NCBI GenBank assembly: GCA_046726415.1
Contig: JBKPAK010000112.1
Span: forward strand, 8,086 to 72,085
Reading direction: 5' to 3'
DNA from: Candidatus Methylomirabilota bacterium
Lineage (GTDB): Bacteria; Methylomirabilota; Methylomirabilia; Rokubacteriales; CSP1-6
Length of the DNA stretch: 64,000 nt
Shown one piece after another: positions 29,921 to 39,069 of this stretch. The position numbers were made by a program, and so were the translations under genes. Position 1 is the stretch's first letter; every line of letters starts with the position of its first letter. The notes under the pieces were generated by a model. That model was given only the letters and a program-made list of their open reading frames with translations, was not told where the DNA came from and searched no databases.

Positions 29921-32900
29921 ATGTCCGCACGGCTCGGAGTCGACGTCGGTGGGACCTTCACGGATCTCGTGGTCATCGACGAATCGACGGGCTCACTCCG
30001 AGTCGGGAAGGTTCTCACCACCCCCAAGGATCCGGCTCACGCGGTGGAGGCGGGCAGCGTCTCCCTCCTCGGCGAGGCGGCCGTCGCGGTCGCCGATGTG
30101 CGGGCCGTCGTCCACGGGACGACGCTCGCCACCAATGCCCTCATCGAGCGCAAGGGCGCCCGCACCGCCCTGCTCACCACCGAGGGCTTCCGCGACGCCG
30201 TGGAGATTCGTCATGAGGGGCGTTACGACATGTACGATCTTTTCATCGAGCCGCCGGCGCCCCTCGTTCCGCGCCACCTGCGCCGAGAAGTCCCCGAGCG
30301 TCTGCTCGCCGACGGGAGCGTTCTTCGACCGCTCGACGAGGAGGTGGCCCGTCGCGTAATCCGCGCCGTTCTCGACGAGGGCGTGGAAGCCGTGGCCATC
30401 TGTCTGCTGCATGCCTATGTCAACCCCGTCCACGAGCGACGGCTGGCCGAGCTCGTGCGTGAATTCAGTCCCGCCCTTCCGGTGTCGTGTTCGTCGGACG
30501 TCGTCCCCGAGATCCGCGAGTACGAGCGGGCGTCGACGACCGCGGCCAATGTCTACGTTGCGCCATTGATGGCGCGCTACATCGCCGATCTCGAGTCGCG
30601 CCTCGTCGAGCGCAGCATTTCGGGACAGCTCTACATCATGCAGTCGTCCGGAGGGATAGCGCTTCCGCCGGTGGCTCGGCGACTTCCCATTCGCCTCGTG
30701 GAATCTGGTCCCGCGGCCGGGGCTCTGGCGGCGGCCCAAGCCGCCCGCCAGCGCGGCGAGCTCCGCATGCTGTCCTTCGACATGGGGGGGACGACGGCCA
30801 AGGCGTGCGTGATCGATGACGGCGCCCCGCTGGTGGCCCGCGAGTTCGAGGTGGCCCGCGCCGATCGCTTCAAGAGGGGCTCGGGCCTGCCCGTGCGCGT
30901 GCCCGTCATCGAGCTGATCGAGATCGGCGCCGGCGGTGGTTCCCTCGCCCGCGTGGATCGGCTCGGGCTCCTGAAAGTCGGCCCCGACAGCGCCGGTGCC
31001 GATCCCGGCCCGGCGTGCTACAACCTCGGCGGACGCCTGCCGACCGTCACGGACGCCGACCTGTTGCTCGGCTATCTCGACGCCGACTTCTTTCTGGGCG
31101 GCCGCATGCCGCTCGACCGCGAGGCCGCCCGGCGGGCCATCGAGGAACACGTGGCTCGGCCGCTCGGGCTCGACGTGGTCGAGGCCGCGCGCGGGATCCA
31201 CCGCGTGGTCAACGAGAACATGGCGGCCGCCGCCCGCATCCATGGCGCCGAGCGCGGGAAGGATCTGCGGAACTACCCGCTCTTCGCCTTCGGCGGCGCC
31301 GGCCCGGTGCACTGCTGGCAGGTGGCCCGCATCCTCGGGATTCCGCGCATCCTGCTGCCCTTCGGCGCGGGCGCCATCTCTGCATACGGACTGCTCGCCG
31401 CGCCCCTCGCCTTCGATTTCGTCCGCACCACCCGGCAGCGGCTGGACAAAGCGGACTGGCGCGCGATCAATGACCTGTTCGACGGGATGGAGTCGGAAGG
31501 CCGGGCGCTCCTCGTGCGGGCAGGCGTGCGGGAAGACGACATCCGCGTCGCCCGGATCGCGGAGATGCGGTACGTGGGTCAAGGACACGAGGTGGAGGCG
31601 ACCATTCCCGCCGGCGTCCTCGACGCGAACCAACTCGCGACCATCACCGCCAGTTTCGAGACGGCCTACCGCGCCCTCTATCATCGCCTGCCGCAGGGTA
31701 TGGCCATCGAGGCTCTCAACTGGCGGGTCACGGTGTCGGGCCCGGCGCCCGCCATGCCCGCCGTGATGGTCACTGCGCGCCGGCGCGCCCATGAGGCCGT
31801 GAAGGGGCGGCGCCCGGCGTATTTCGAGGAGGCCGGAGGGTTCGTGGAGACTCCGGTGTACGACCGTTACGCGCTCGCCCCGGGCGATCGCTTCGGGGGA
31901 CCCGCCATCGTGGAGGAACGCGAGTCCACCGCTGTCATCGGACCCGGCGCCGAGTGCCGTGTCGACGACGCCCTCGCCCTCATCGTGAAGCCATCGGCCG
32001 TGGGGGAAGCCACCGGGCGGCACCGGGTGACCAGGCGAGCCGCCGCGCGGACCGGGGCCCTGAGGGGCGAGCCAAGCCCATCGATGCGATGGCCACGCCG
32101 GCCGAGCCGAACCGGCGACATGATGGATCCCGTCACCCTCGAGGTCTGCTGGAGCCGTCTCATCGGGGTGGTCAACGAGCAGGCAGCGGCCCTGCAGCGC
32201 ACCTCCTTCACCTCGATCGTGCGCGAAGCCGGCGACCTCTCGGCCGGGGTCTTCGATCGGCGCGGCTACATGGTGGCCCAGGCCGTGACGGGCACGCCGG
32301 GGCACATCAACTCGATGGCGCTGGCCATGCGGCACTTCCTCGCCGCCTATCCCCTGGAAACCCTGCGCCCTGGCGATGTCCTGATCACCAACGATCCCTG
32401 GCAGACGTCGGGGCATCTCAACGACGTCACCATCTGCTCGCCCATCTTTCGGCGCGACGACTGCATCGCCTTCTTCATGTCCACCTGCCACACCGCCGAC
32501 ATCGGCGGCCACGTGCTGTCCGCGGAAGCCCGGGAGGTCTACGAGGAGGGGCTGCAGATCCCGATCATGAAACTCTACGACGCGGGAGAGCCCAACGAAT
32601 CTCTGATGAAGATCATCCGTGCCAACGTCCGGCTGCCCGAGATGGTGCTGGGTGACTTCCACGCGCAGATGGCGGGCGGCGCCGTCGGGGGCGAGCGCCT
32701 CCTGGAGTTCATGGACGAGTTCGGCCTGTCGCGGCTGGAGCCCCTGTCCGATGCCATCATCGCGCGCACCGAGCGCGCCATGCGCGAGGCCATACGAGCC
32801 CTGCGGCCCGGCGCCTACGCGTACGAGATGATCTCCGACGGCTTCGACGAACCCATTGCCATTCGGGTTCGCTGCGAGGCGCGGGGTGATGAGCTGCTCA

Positions 32901-33730
32901 TCGACTACGCGGGTTCGTCTGCGGCCAGCCGGCGCGGGGTGAACGTCGTCATGAATTATACCGAGGCGTACACGACCTACGGGGTCAAGGTCGTCGTCAG
33001 CCCGGACGTGCCCAACAACGAGGGCGCGTTCCGGCCCCTGCGCATCACCGCGCCCGCGGACTGTATCCTGAACGCGCAGCGGCCGGCGGCGGTGGCGGCC
33101 CGCCACGTCATCGGCCATTTTCTGCCCCACGTGATCGCCGGTGCGCTCGGTCAGGCGCAGCCGGAGCGGGTCATGGCGGAGGGTTCGGCCAACATCTGGG
33201 GAATCCAGATTTCCGGGAAGGATCTCGCCGATTGGCCGTTCAGCTACGTCTTCTTCTCCTCGGGAGGCACCGGCGCTCGAGCCGGCAAGGATGGTCTCTC
33301 GGCGACCGCGTTTCCCTCTGGCGTGCTGGGGACCCCGGTAGAGGTCATCGAGAATCTGTCTCCCCTCGTGCTGGAGCGGAAAGCGCTGCGCGACAATTCG
33401 GGTGGTAGTGGGAGGTATCGCGGCGGCCTCGGCCAGGTCATCAGCTTCCGGGTGCGCAGTCGCGAGCCGGTGGCCTGCTCGATTCTCGGCGATCGGACCC
33501 TGCGGCCCGCCCAGGGCTTTCAGGGGGGCGGCCCGGGCGCGCTCGGCGAAGTGCTCATCGACGGGGTGGCGCCGCACAATCCAAAGAGCGAGCAGCTCGT
33601 CGCGCCCGGAGCGCTGGTGGAAGTTCGGCTGCCGGGGGGAGGCGGGTACGGGCCGCTCAGCGAGCGCGATGCCGAGTTGATCGCCGCCGACCTTCGTGAG
33701 GGTTACGCCACGATCTCCCCCTCCGCGTAG
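29921..33730 (+). CDS. Hydantoinase/5-oxoprolinase family protein, A and B subunits in one ORF
   Basis: A part: DVGGTFTD, HGTT..TN, ESGPAAG, DMGGTT, IGAGGGS; B part from about 32120: DPVTLEV, NDPW, H.ND, GG.G..RGG.G, PGGGGYG. Confidence 0.92.
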   Translation: MSARLGVDVGGTFTDLVVIDESTGSLRVGKVLTTPKDPAHAVEAGSVSLLGEAAVAVADVRAVVHGTTLATNALIERKGARTALLTTEGFRDAVEIRHEGRYDMYDLFIEPPAPLVPRHLRREVPERLLADGSVLRPLDEEVARRVIRAVLDEGVEAVAICLLHAYVNPVHERRLAELVREFSPALPVSCSSDVVPEIREYERASTTAANVYVAPLMARYIADLESRLVERSISGQLYIMQSSGGIALPPVARRLPIRLVESGPAAGALAAAQAARQRGELRMLSFDMGGTTAKACVIDDGAPLVAREFEVARADRFKRGSGLPVRVPVIELIEIGAGGGSLARVDRLGLLKVGPDSAGADPGPACYNLGGRLPTVTDADLLLGYLDADFFLGGRMPLDREAARRAIEEHVARPLGLDVVEAARGIHRVVNENMAAAARIHGAERGKDLRNYPLFAFGGAGPVHCWQVARILGIPRILLPFGAGAISAYGLLAAPLAFDFVRTTRQRLDKADWRAINDLFDGMESEGRALLVRAGVREDDIRVARIAEMRYVGQGHEVEATIPAGVLDANQLATITASFETAYRALYHRLPQGMAIEALNWRVTVSGPAPAMPAVMVTARRRAHEAVKGRRPAYFEEAGGFVETPVYDRYALAPGDRFGGPAIVEERESTAVIGPGAECRVDDALALIVKPSAVGEATGRHRVTRRAAARTGALRGEPSPSMRWPRRPSRTGDMMDPVTLEVCWSRLIGVVNEQAAALQRTSFTSIVREAGDLSAGVFDRRGYMVAQAVTGTPGHINSMALAMRHFLAAYPLETLRPGDVLITNDPWQTSGHLNDVTICSPIFRRDDCIAFFMSTCHTADIGGHVLSAEAREVYEEGLQIPIMKLYDAGEPNESLMKIIRANVRLPEMVLGDFHAQMAGGAVGGERLLEFMDEFGLSRLEPLSDAIIARTERAMREAIRALRPGAYAYEMISDGFDEPIAIRVRCEARGDELLIDYAGSSAASRRGVNVVMNYTEAYTTYGVKVVVSPDVPNNEGAFRPLRITAPADCILNAQRPAAVAARHVIGHFLPHVIAGALGQAQPERVMAEGSANIWGIQISGKDLADWPFSYVFFSSGGTGARAGKDGLSATAFPSGVLGTPVEVIENLSPLVLERKALRDNSGGSGRYRGGLGQVISFRVRSREPVACSILGDRTLRPAQGFQGGGPGALGEVLIDGVAPHNPKSEQLVAPGALVEVRLPGGGGYGPLSERDAELIAADLREGYATISPSA

Positions 33731-35046
33731 ACACGGCGCTCTTCCAGGCCGCGCTGGAAGGTGAGGTACTCGTCGCGCGCCATGCGCGGCGGTCCGTGTC
33801 GGAGCACTTCGCGGGCGCCGGCAGCCCCGTCGGCGAGAAGATCGATCGCCATGGACGCCAACGCCTTGGCCGGAACCACGTAGGCGAGGAGCGGATCCAC
33901 GATCGCGTAGTCGGCCCCGTGTCCCGTCCCTCGAGCCCCACCCACGTACGGATGGAGGACAGGCATCAAGTGGCTCACGTCGCCCATGTCGGTGCAGCCC
34001 CCGCTATGGCCGACGCGCTTCACGTGCTCGGCGCCAACCAGAGCCGCCGCTGTGGTCGCGAACAAGCGCTCCATCGTCGGGTGATTGAGCAGCGGCAACG
34101 GACCGGGGACCGTCTCGATTTCCACGCTCGCCCCGAGCGCCAAGGCGCCCGCGCGGAGCGCGCGGTCCACCTTGCGGCTCGCGTCGACGATGCCCTCCGC
34201 CGTGCGGCCGCGCACGTACATCTCGAGGCGGGCCTCGCCCGGGATCACGTTCACCTGCGAGCCTCCGTGGGTGAGGATCGGATGCACGCGGATGGCGTCG
34301 TCGTCGCGAAACGTCTCGCGCAGCGCGTTGATGGCCGTGAGCGCGAGCTGCGCCGCGTAAAGGGCGTTGATCCCCCGGTGCGGCGCGCTGCCCGCGTGGG
34401 CGGCACGCCCCACGAAACGCGCTGCCTTGCCGACGCGGCCGTTGTTGGAGGCCTGCAGCGAGGCCCGGCCGCCGTCGGCCCGCCACGACATGTGGATCAT
34501 CATGGCGAGGTCGATGTCGTCGAAGTGGCCGAGCCGGATCAGCTCCTGCTTGCCGCTCAGGAACTCCAGTCGTCCGGCGCGCTTCTGGGCGAGCCGCCAC
34601 TCGATGTCCCCGCCCTCCTCGGCGGGTACCGCGAAGAACACGACCCGGCCGGCCAGCTGCGCGAAGGCGTCGGCGTCGAGCAGACCCATGGCGGCCCCGA
34701 GCATCGCCGCCACTTGGGCGTTGTGTCCGCAGGCGTGGGCGGCCCCCGTGGCCGGATCGCGCTCCGGGTGCCCGGCCACCACGAGAGCGTCCAGTTCGCC
34801 GATCAGCGCGAAGGTCGGGCCGTCACCCGCGCGACCTCTCGCCTCGGCGCGCGTGCCGGTGAAGGCTAGCCCCGTGCGCGGGGCAAGCTCGAGCCGGCGG
34901 AAGGTCTCTTCGACGAGCCGCGCGGTTCGCTCCTCCTTGAAGCCCAGCTCCGGCGTCTTCCGGATTTGCTCGCCGAGGGCGATGATCTCCCCGGCTCGAC
35001 GGTCGATGGCCGCGTGCACCCGGCGTGTCAACTCTTCCTTCGTCAT
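33703..35046 (-). CDS. M20-family amidohydrolase (M20D/ACY1L2-like)
   Basis: PELGFKE, ELDAL, HACGHN, PAEE, G.AAHAG..P..G.NAL, TDMGDVS. Confidence 0.9.
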   Translation of the reverse strand: MTKEELTRRVHAAIDRRAGEIIALGEQIRKTPELGFKEERTARLVEETFRRLELAPRTGLAFTGTRAEARGRAGDGPTFALIGELDALVVAGHPERDPATGAAHACGHNAQVAAMLGAAMGLLDADAFAQLAGRVVFFAVPAEEGGDIEWRLAQKRAGRLEFLSGKQELIRLGHFDDIDLAMMIHMSWRADGGRASLQASNNGRVGKAARFVGRAAHAGSAPHRGINALYAAQLALTAINALRETFRDDDAIRVHPILTHGGSQVNVIPGEARLEMYVRGRTAEGIVDASRKVDRALRAGALALGASVEIETVPGPLPLLNHPTMERLFATTAAALVGAEHVKRVGHSGGCTDMGDVSHLMPVLHPYVGGARGTGHGADYAIVDPLLAYVVPAKALASMAIDLLADGAAGAREVLRHGPPRMARDEYLTFQRGLEERRVYAEGEIVA

Positions 35047-35175
35047 GGCCTCTCCCCCCAAGATCTCGCCTGCGGCCGGTGGCCGTCACCTTGACGGACG
35101 CCCCGCCGCAGACAACAATACGTCACCCTCGCAACGGCGCGGTCGGACTTCCCTGCTGACAACGGAGGCCATCTG

Positions 35176-36255
35176 ATGAGTGTCGATCCCCGTTCGGCAG
35201 TCCCCCACGTCCCCGTCGGCCGTCGGCGCTTTCTCCGCACCACCCTGACCGGCGGCGTCGTCCTGGCCGGCCGCGGCCGCGCTGCGTGGGCGCAGCAATC
35301 CGGCACCTTGATCGTCACGAGTTACGGCGGGCCATGGGAACAGTTCATGCGCAGCGCGATCGTCCCCGCCTTCGAGAAGGAACACCCGGGCCTCAAGATC
35401 GAGCTGGCCATCGGCCTCTCCAAGGACTGGATCGCGAAGCTCAAGGCGGCCGGCAAGCAGAATCCGCCGTACGACATCGTCATCACCAACGAGGTGTGGG
35501 CGGCGCCGCTCCGGGCCGACGGCTACTATGCGAAGCTGGTTGGGGTGTCCAACCTGAAGGACGTCGCGCCGAACCTCCGCATCAAGGACGACACCGGCGT
35601 GCTCGCCCTGGTGGGGCCGATCGGCCTCGCCTATCGGACCGACAAGATCAAGACGGCACCCAAGGCGTGGAAGGATCTGTGGACGGTACCCGAATACAAA
35701 GGCAAGATCGGCATCTACAATATCGTCAACTCCGCTGGGCAAATGTTCGTCTGCCTTACCTCGAAGATCTGGACGGGCTCCGACAAGGACATCGACACCG
35801 GATACAAGAAGATCGCGGAGCTGAAGCCGTTCAAGCAGACCGATTTCTCGGGCGACATGGAGAAGCTGCTCATCCAGGGTGAGGTGCTGATCGGCATTCT
35901 CGACATGCCGGCGGCCATCCGGCTGCAGAAGGCCGGTGCCCCCATCGGGTGGGTGGGGCCGTCGGACGGCCTCATCATGTTCGAGCAGGATGTGGCGGTC
36001 ACCGGGGGGTCGAAGAACAAGCCCGCCGCCTTCAGCTACGTCAACTGGATGCTGAAGAAGGAGACACAGGAGATGTGGCTGCGCCAGTTCTACTGGCTGC
36101 CCGCCAACACCCAGGTGAAGATGCCGGATGATCTCCGTCCGCTCTTTGGCGCCACCCAGGCCGACATCCCCAAAATTCTCTTGTGGGACTGGCTATGGAT
36201 CAACGACCAGCGCGCCAAGCTCGTCGACCGCTGGAACCGGGAGATGTCGAACTAG
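35176..36255 (+). CDS. ABC transporter substrate-binding protein (PotD/PotF-like), Tat-exported
   Basis: Twin-arginine signal GRRRFL; SYGG.W, P.AWKDLW, W..RWN. Confidence 0.88.
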   Translation: MSVDPRSAVPHVPVGRRRFLRTTLTGGVVLAGRGRAAWAQQSGTLIVTSYGGPWEQFMRSAIVPAFEKEHPGLKIELAIGLSKDWIAKLKAAGKQNPPYDIVITNEVWAAPLRADGYYAKLVGVSNLKDVAPNLRIKDDTGVLALVGPIGLAYRTDKIKTAPKAWKDLWTVPEYKGKIGIYNIVNSAGQMFVCLTSKIWTGSDKDIDTGYKKIAELKPFKQTDFSGDMEKLLIQGEVLIGILDMPAAIRLQKAGAPIGWVGPSDGLIMFEQDVAVTGGSKNKPAAFSYVNWMLKKETQEMWLRQFYWLPANTQVKMPDDLRPLFGATQADIPKILLWDWLWINDQRAKLVDRWNREMSN

Positions 36256-36291
36256 TTCGCGAGAGCGCGGAGAGGTCGAGTTCGGCGCCAC

Positions 36292-37371
36292 ATGTCGGTC
36301 ATCTCGCTGCGGGGGCTGACCAAGCGTTTCGGGAGTGTCGCGGCCGTGGACGATCTTCACCTCGAGGTCGGCGACGGCGAGTTGATCGCCCTCCTAGGGC
36401 CCTCGGGGTGCGGCAAGACCACGACCTTGCGCACCATCGCCGGCTTCGAGATCCCCGACGCGGGCGAGATCTACTTCGGGGAGCGGCGGGTCACCGACCT
36501 CCTACCCGAGCAGCGCAACATCGGGATGGTCTTCCAGAACTACGCGCTCTTCCCGCACATGACCGTCGAGGACAACGTGGCCTTCGGTCTCCAGATGCGC
36601 AAGACGGCCACCCGGGAGACCGGGCAACGGGTGGCCGCCGTGCTGGCCAAGGTGCAGCTCGCGGGGCTCGAGCGCCGCTATCCACGCCAGCTCTCGGGTG
36701 GACAGCAACAGCGAGCCGCCTTGGCCCGGGCGCTCGTCATCGCGCCCGATGTCCTTCTGCTGGACGAGCCGCTGGCCAATCTCGACGCGAAGCTTCGGGA
36801 GGAGATGCGCTTCTACGTTCGGTCCCTCCAGCAGGAGGTCGGCATCACCACGATCTACGTGACCCATGACCAGGCCGAGGCCATGGTGATCGCCGACCGC
36901 ATCGCAGTCATGTTCGGTGGATACGTCCACCAGCTGGCGCCACCGAGCGACATCTACAATCGTCCGGCCACCGCGGTGACCGCGGAGTTCATCGGACTCA
37001 CCAACTTCATCGAAGGGAAGGTCACTGGGGTGGAGGCTGGGTTTCTGGTGCTGGAAACCTCGATCGGCCCGCTCCGCAGCTCCGGCGAGCTGTCGGATGC
37101 CGGGACGCGTTTGATGGCCGTGCGACCGGAGGCGCTGCAGCTCTCCGCGCATTCGCCCAGCGATGCCGCACTGAACCGGCTGGGCGGCGTGGTGCGTGCG
37201 CGAGCCTTCCTTGGCAACCTGATGGACTACCGGGTGGAGGTATCGCCCGACGTGGTTCTGCGCGTGCAGGGCGATCCCCACGCGCCGTTTGCGGTGGGCG
37301 ACCGGGTGCACGTGACCTTTGCCCCGGCGGCGGCGTGGTCCGTCCCCGCGCCGGACGTGCGGTCGCGATGA
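36292..37371 (+). CDS. ABC transporter ATP-binding protein (PotA-like)
   Basis: [36 protein letters not shown]-like C-terminus. Confidence 0.93.
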   Translation: MSVISLRGLTKRFGSVAAVDDLHLEVGDGELIALLGPSGCGKTTTLRTIAGFEIPDAGEIYFGERRVTDLLPEQRNIGMVFQNYALFPHMTVEDNVAFGLQMRKTATRETGQRVAAVLAKVQLAGLERRYPRQLSGGQQQRAALARALVIAPDVLLLDEPLANLDAKLREEMRFYVRSLQQEVGITTIYVTHDQAEAMVIADRIAVMFGGYVHQLAPPSDIYNRPATAVTAEFIGLTNFIEGKVTGVEAGFLVLETSIGPLRSSGELSDAGTRLMAVRPEALQLSAHSPSDAALNRLGGVVRARAFLGNLMDYRVEVSPDVVLRVQGDPHAPFAVGDRVHVTFAPAAAWSVPAPDVRSR

Positions 37372-38243
37372 CCGGGCCGGCGGCCGGGGGGCGCGCGCGC
37401 CACACCCCCTGGTGGTTAGTCGTCCCCGCGCTGGCCGTGGTCGTGGTGTGCTTCGTGCTGCCTTACGCCAATCTCCTGCTCATGAGCTTCTTGGCCCCGG
37501 CCCAGGCGCAGCCCTACGATCCGGTGCCGACGCTCGGGAACTACACGGCCGCCCTGGGCGATGCGTTTCAATGGTGGATCCTCTGGCGGACCCTCAAGCT
37601 CGGCTTCCTCACCACCGTCTTCGCGCTGTTGCTCGGCTATCCCCTGGCCTGGAACCTCGCCCGGGCGAGTGGCCGGGCGAAAGGGATGCTCCTGGCGTTG
37701 CTGCTCTCACCCCTGCTGGTGGGCGTGGTCATTCGGAGCTTCGGCTGGATGGTGCTGCTGGCCGACAACGGATTGATCAACTCGCTGCTCAGGGCCTCGG
37801 GGCTGGCTCCCCACGGCATCGCGCTCATGTACAACGAGTTCGGCGTGCTCGTCGGCACCGTGCACATCTACCTGCCGTTCATGGTGCTCTCGATCTCGGG
37901 CGCCCTGCAGACCATCGCCCCCGACCTCGAGCTGGCCGCGCGCAGCCTGGGCGCCTCGGCGACCAAGGTGTTCTGGCGCGTGGTGTTCCCGCTGTCGCTG
38001 CCCGGGGTGTTCGCCGGCTGCCTGCTCGTCTTCGTGCTCGCGGTCAGCTCGTACGTGATTCCCGTGCTCCTCGGCGGCTTCAAGGTCATCACCACTCCGC
38101 TGCTCGTCGTGCAGACGGCCATCGACGTCAACAACTGGCCGGGGGCCGCCGCCCAGGCCGTCGTCCTCTTCGCCGCCTCGCTCCTCTGCATCGGCGTCTA
38201 TGTCAAGCTGATGAGCCGTGCCATGCGCGGGCTGGCCGCATGA
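37368..38243 (+). CDS. ABC transporter permease (PotB-like)
   Basis: GYPLA, VIRSFGW, EAA-type loop LELAARSLGA, LSLPG. Confidence 0.92.
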   Translation: MTGPAAGGRARHTPWWLVVPALAVVVVCFVLPYANLLLMSFLAPAQAQPYDPVPTLGNYTAALGDAFQWWILWRTLKLGFLTTVFALLLGYPLAWNLARASGRAKGMLLALLLSPLLVGVVIRSFGWMVLLADNGLINSLLRASGLAPHGIALMYNEFGVLVGTVHIYLPFMVLSISGALQTIAPDLELAARSLGASATKVFWRVVFPLSLPGVFAGCLLVFVLAVSSYVIPVLLGGFKVITTPLLVVQTAIDVNNWPGAAAQAVVLFAASLLCIGVYVKLMSRAMRGLAA

Positions 38244-39046
38244 GGCGGAGGGGTCCGGGACGCTATGGGTTCGTGGGCCTCGTGGTGCTGCTCTACGTGT
38301 TCCTCCTCGCGCCCATCGCCATCGTCGTTATCGCCAGCCTGAACGCCGGCCGCTTCCTCGTCTTCCCGCCCGAGGGACTGTCGCTGCAGTGGTACGCGAA
38401 GTTCCTGAACAGCGGCCCCTTCGTGCGGTCGTTCCTGTTCAGCGTCCGTCTGGCCGTCGTCGTCACACTCATCACCACCATCATCGGGACCGCCGCCGCG
38501 CTCTACGTGGTTCGCCACGCGCGGGACAGCCAAGGGCTGCGCATGCTGCTGGTGGCGCCGCTGCAGCTTCCCGGGATCATGACGGCCCTGGCCCTCCTGA
38601 TCTTCTACTACGGTGTCGGGCTGGGCGGGACGAGCTATCTCGGGCTCCTGATGGGGCACGTGGTGGTGTGCACGCCATACGTGTTTCTCACCGTATCCGC
38701 CGTCCTCTACAACTTCGACCGGTCTCTGGAGGAGGCCGCCCGGAGTCTCGGGGCCAGCGGCTTCACCACGTTCCGGCGGGTAACCCTGCCTATCATCAAA
38801 GGCGGGGTCATCTCGGGCGCTGTGTTCGCCTTCATCACCTCGTTCGATCAGTTTCCCATTTCGCTGCTCCTGAGTGGGGTCGGAACCACGACCCTGCCCA
38901 TCCAGGTCTTCGACTACCTGCGCTTCTCGTTCGATCCGACGGCCGCCGCGGTGGGCACAGTGAATATCCTCATCACCCTCGCGGTCGTGGTGTTAACGGA
39001 GCGACTGGTGGGCCTGGAATCGCTCTACTGGGGAGGACGACAATGA
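38240..39046 (+). CDS. ABC transporter permease (PotC-like)
   Basis: FPPEGLSLQWY, LEEAARSLGA, FITSFD, TLPI. Confidence 0.92.
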   Translation: MRRRGPGRYGFVGLVVLLYVFLLAPIAIVVIASLNAGRFLVFPPEGLSLQWYAKFLNSGPFVRSFLFSVRLAVVVTLITTIIGTAAALYVVRHARDSQGLRMLLVAPLQLPGIMTALALLIFYYGVGLGGTSYLGLLMGHVVVCTPYVFLTVSAVLYNFDRSLEEAARSLGASGFTTFRRVTLPIIKGGVISGAVFAFITSFDQFPISLLLSGVGTTTLPIQVFDYLRFSFDPTAAAVGTVNILITLAVVVLTERLVGLESLYWGGRQ

Positions 39047-39069
39047 GCCACCCGGAGGTCTTCGAATGA
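39043..39069 (+). other. 8-codon micro-ORF (MSHPEVFE) coupled to both neighbouring genes
   Basis: SD GGAGGA upstream; ATGA overlaps with the permease stop and with the next gene's ATG. Confidence 0.5.

Noticed and set aside
29993-33577. 1,194-aa antisense ORF and other long shadow ORFs (e.g. 4527-6164, 7205-9253, 44938-46266, 50062-51399)
   Set aside because: They mirror well-supported genes on the opposite strand, as expected in high-GC DNA, and have no recognisable motifs.
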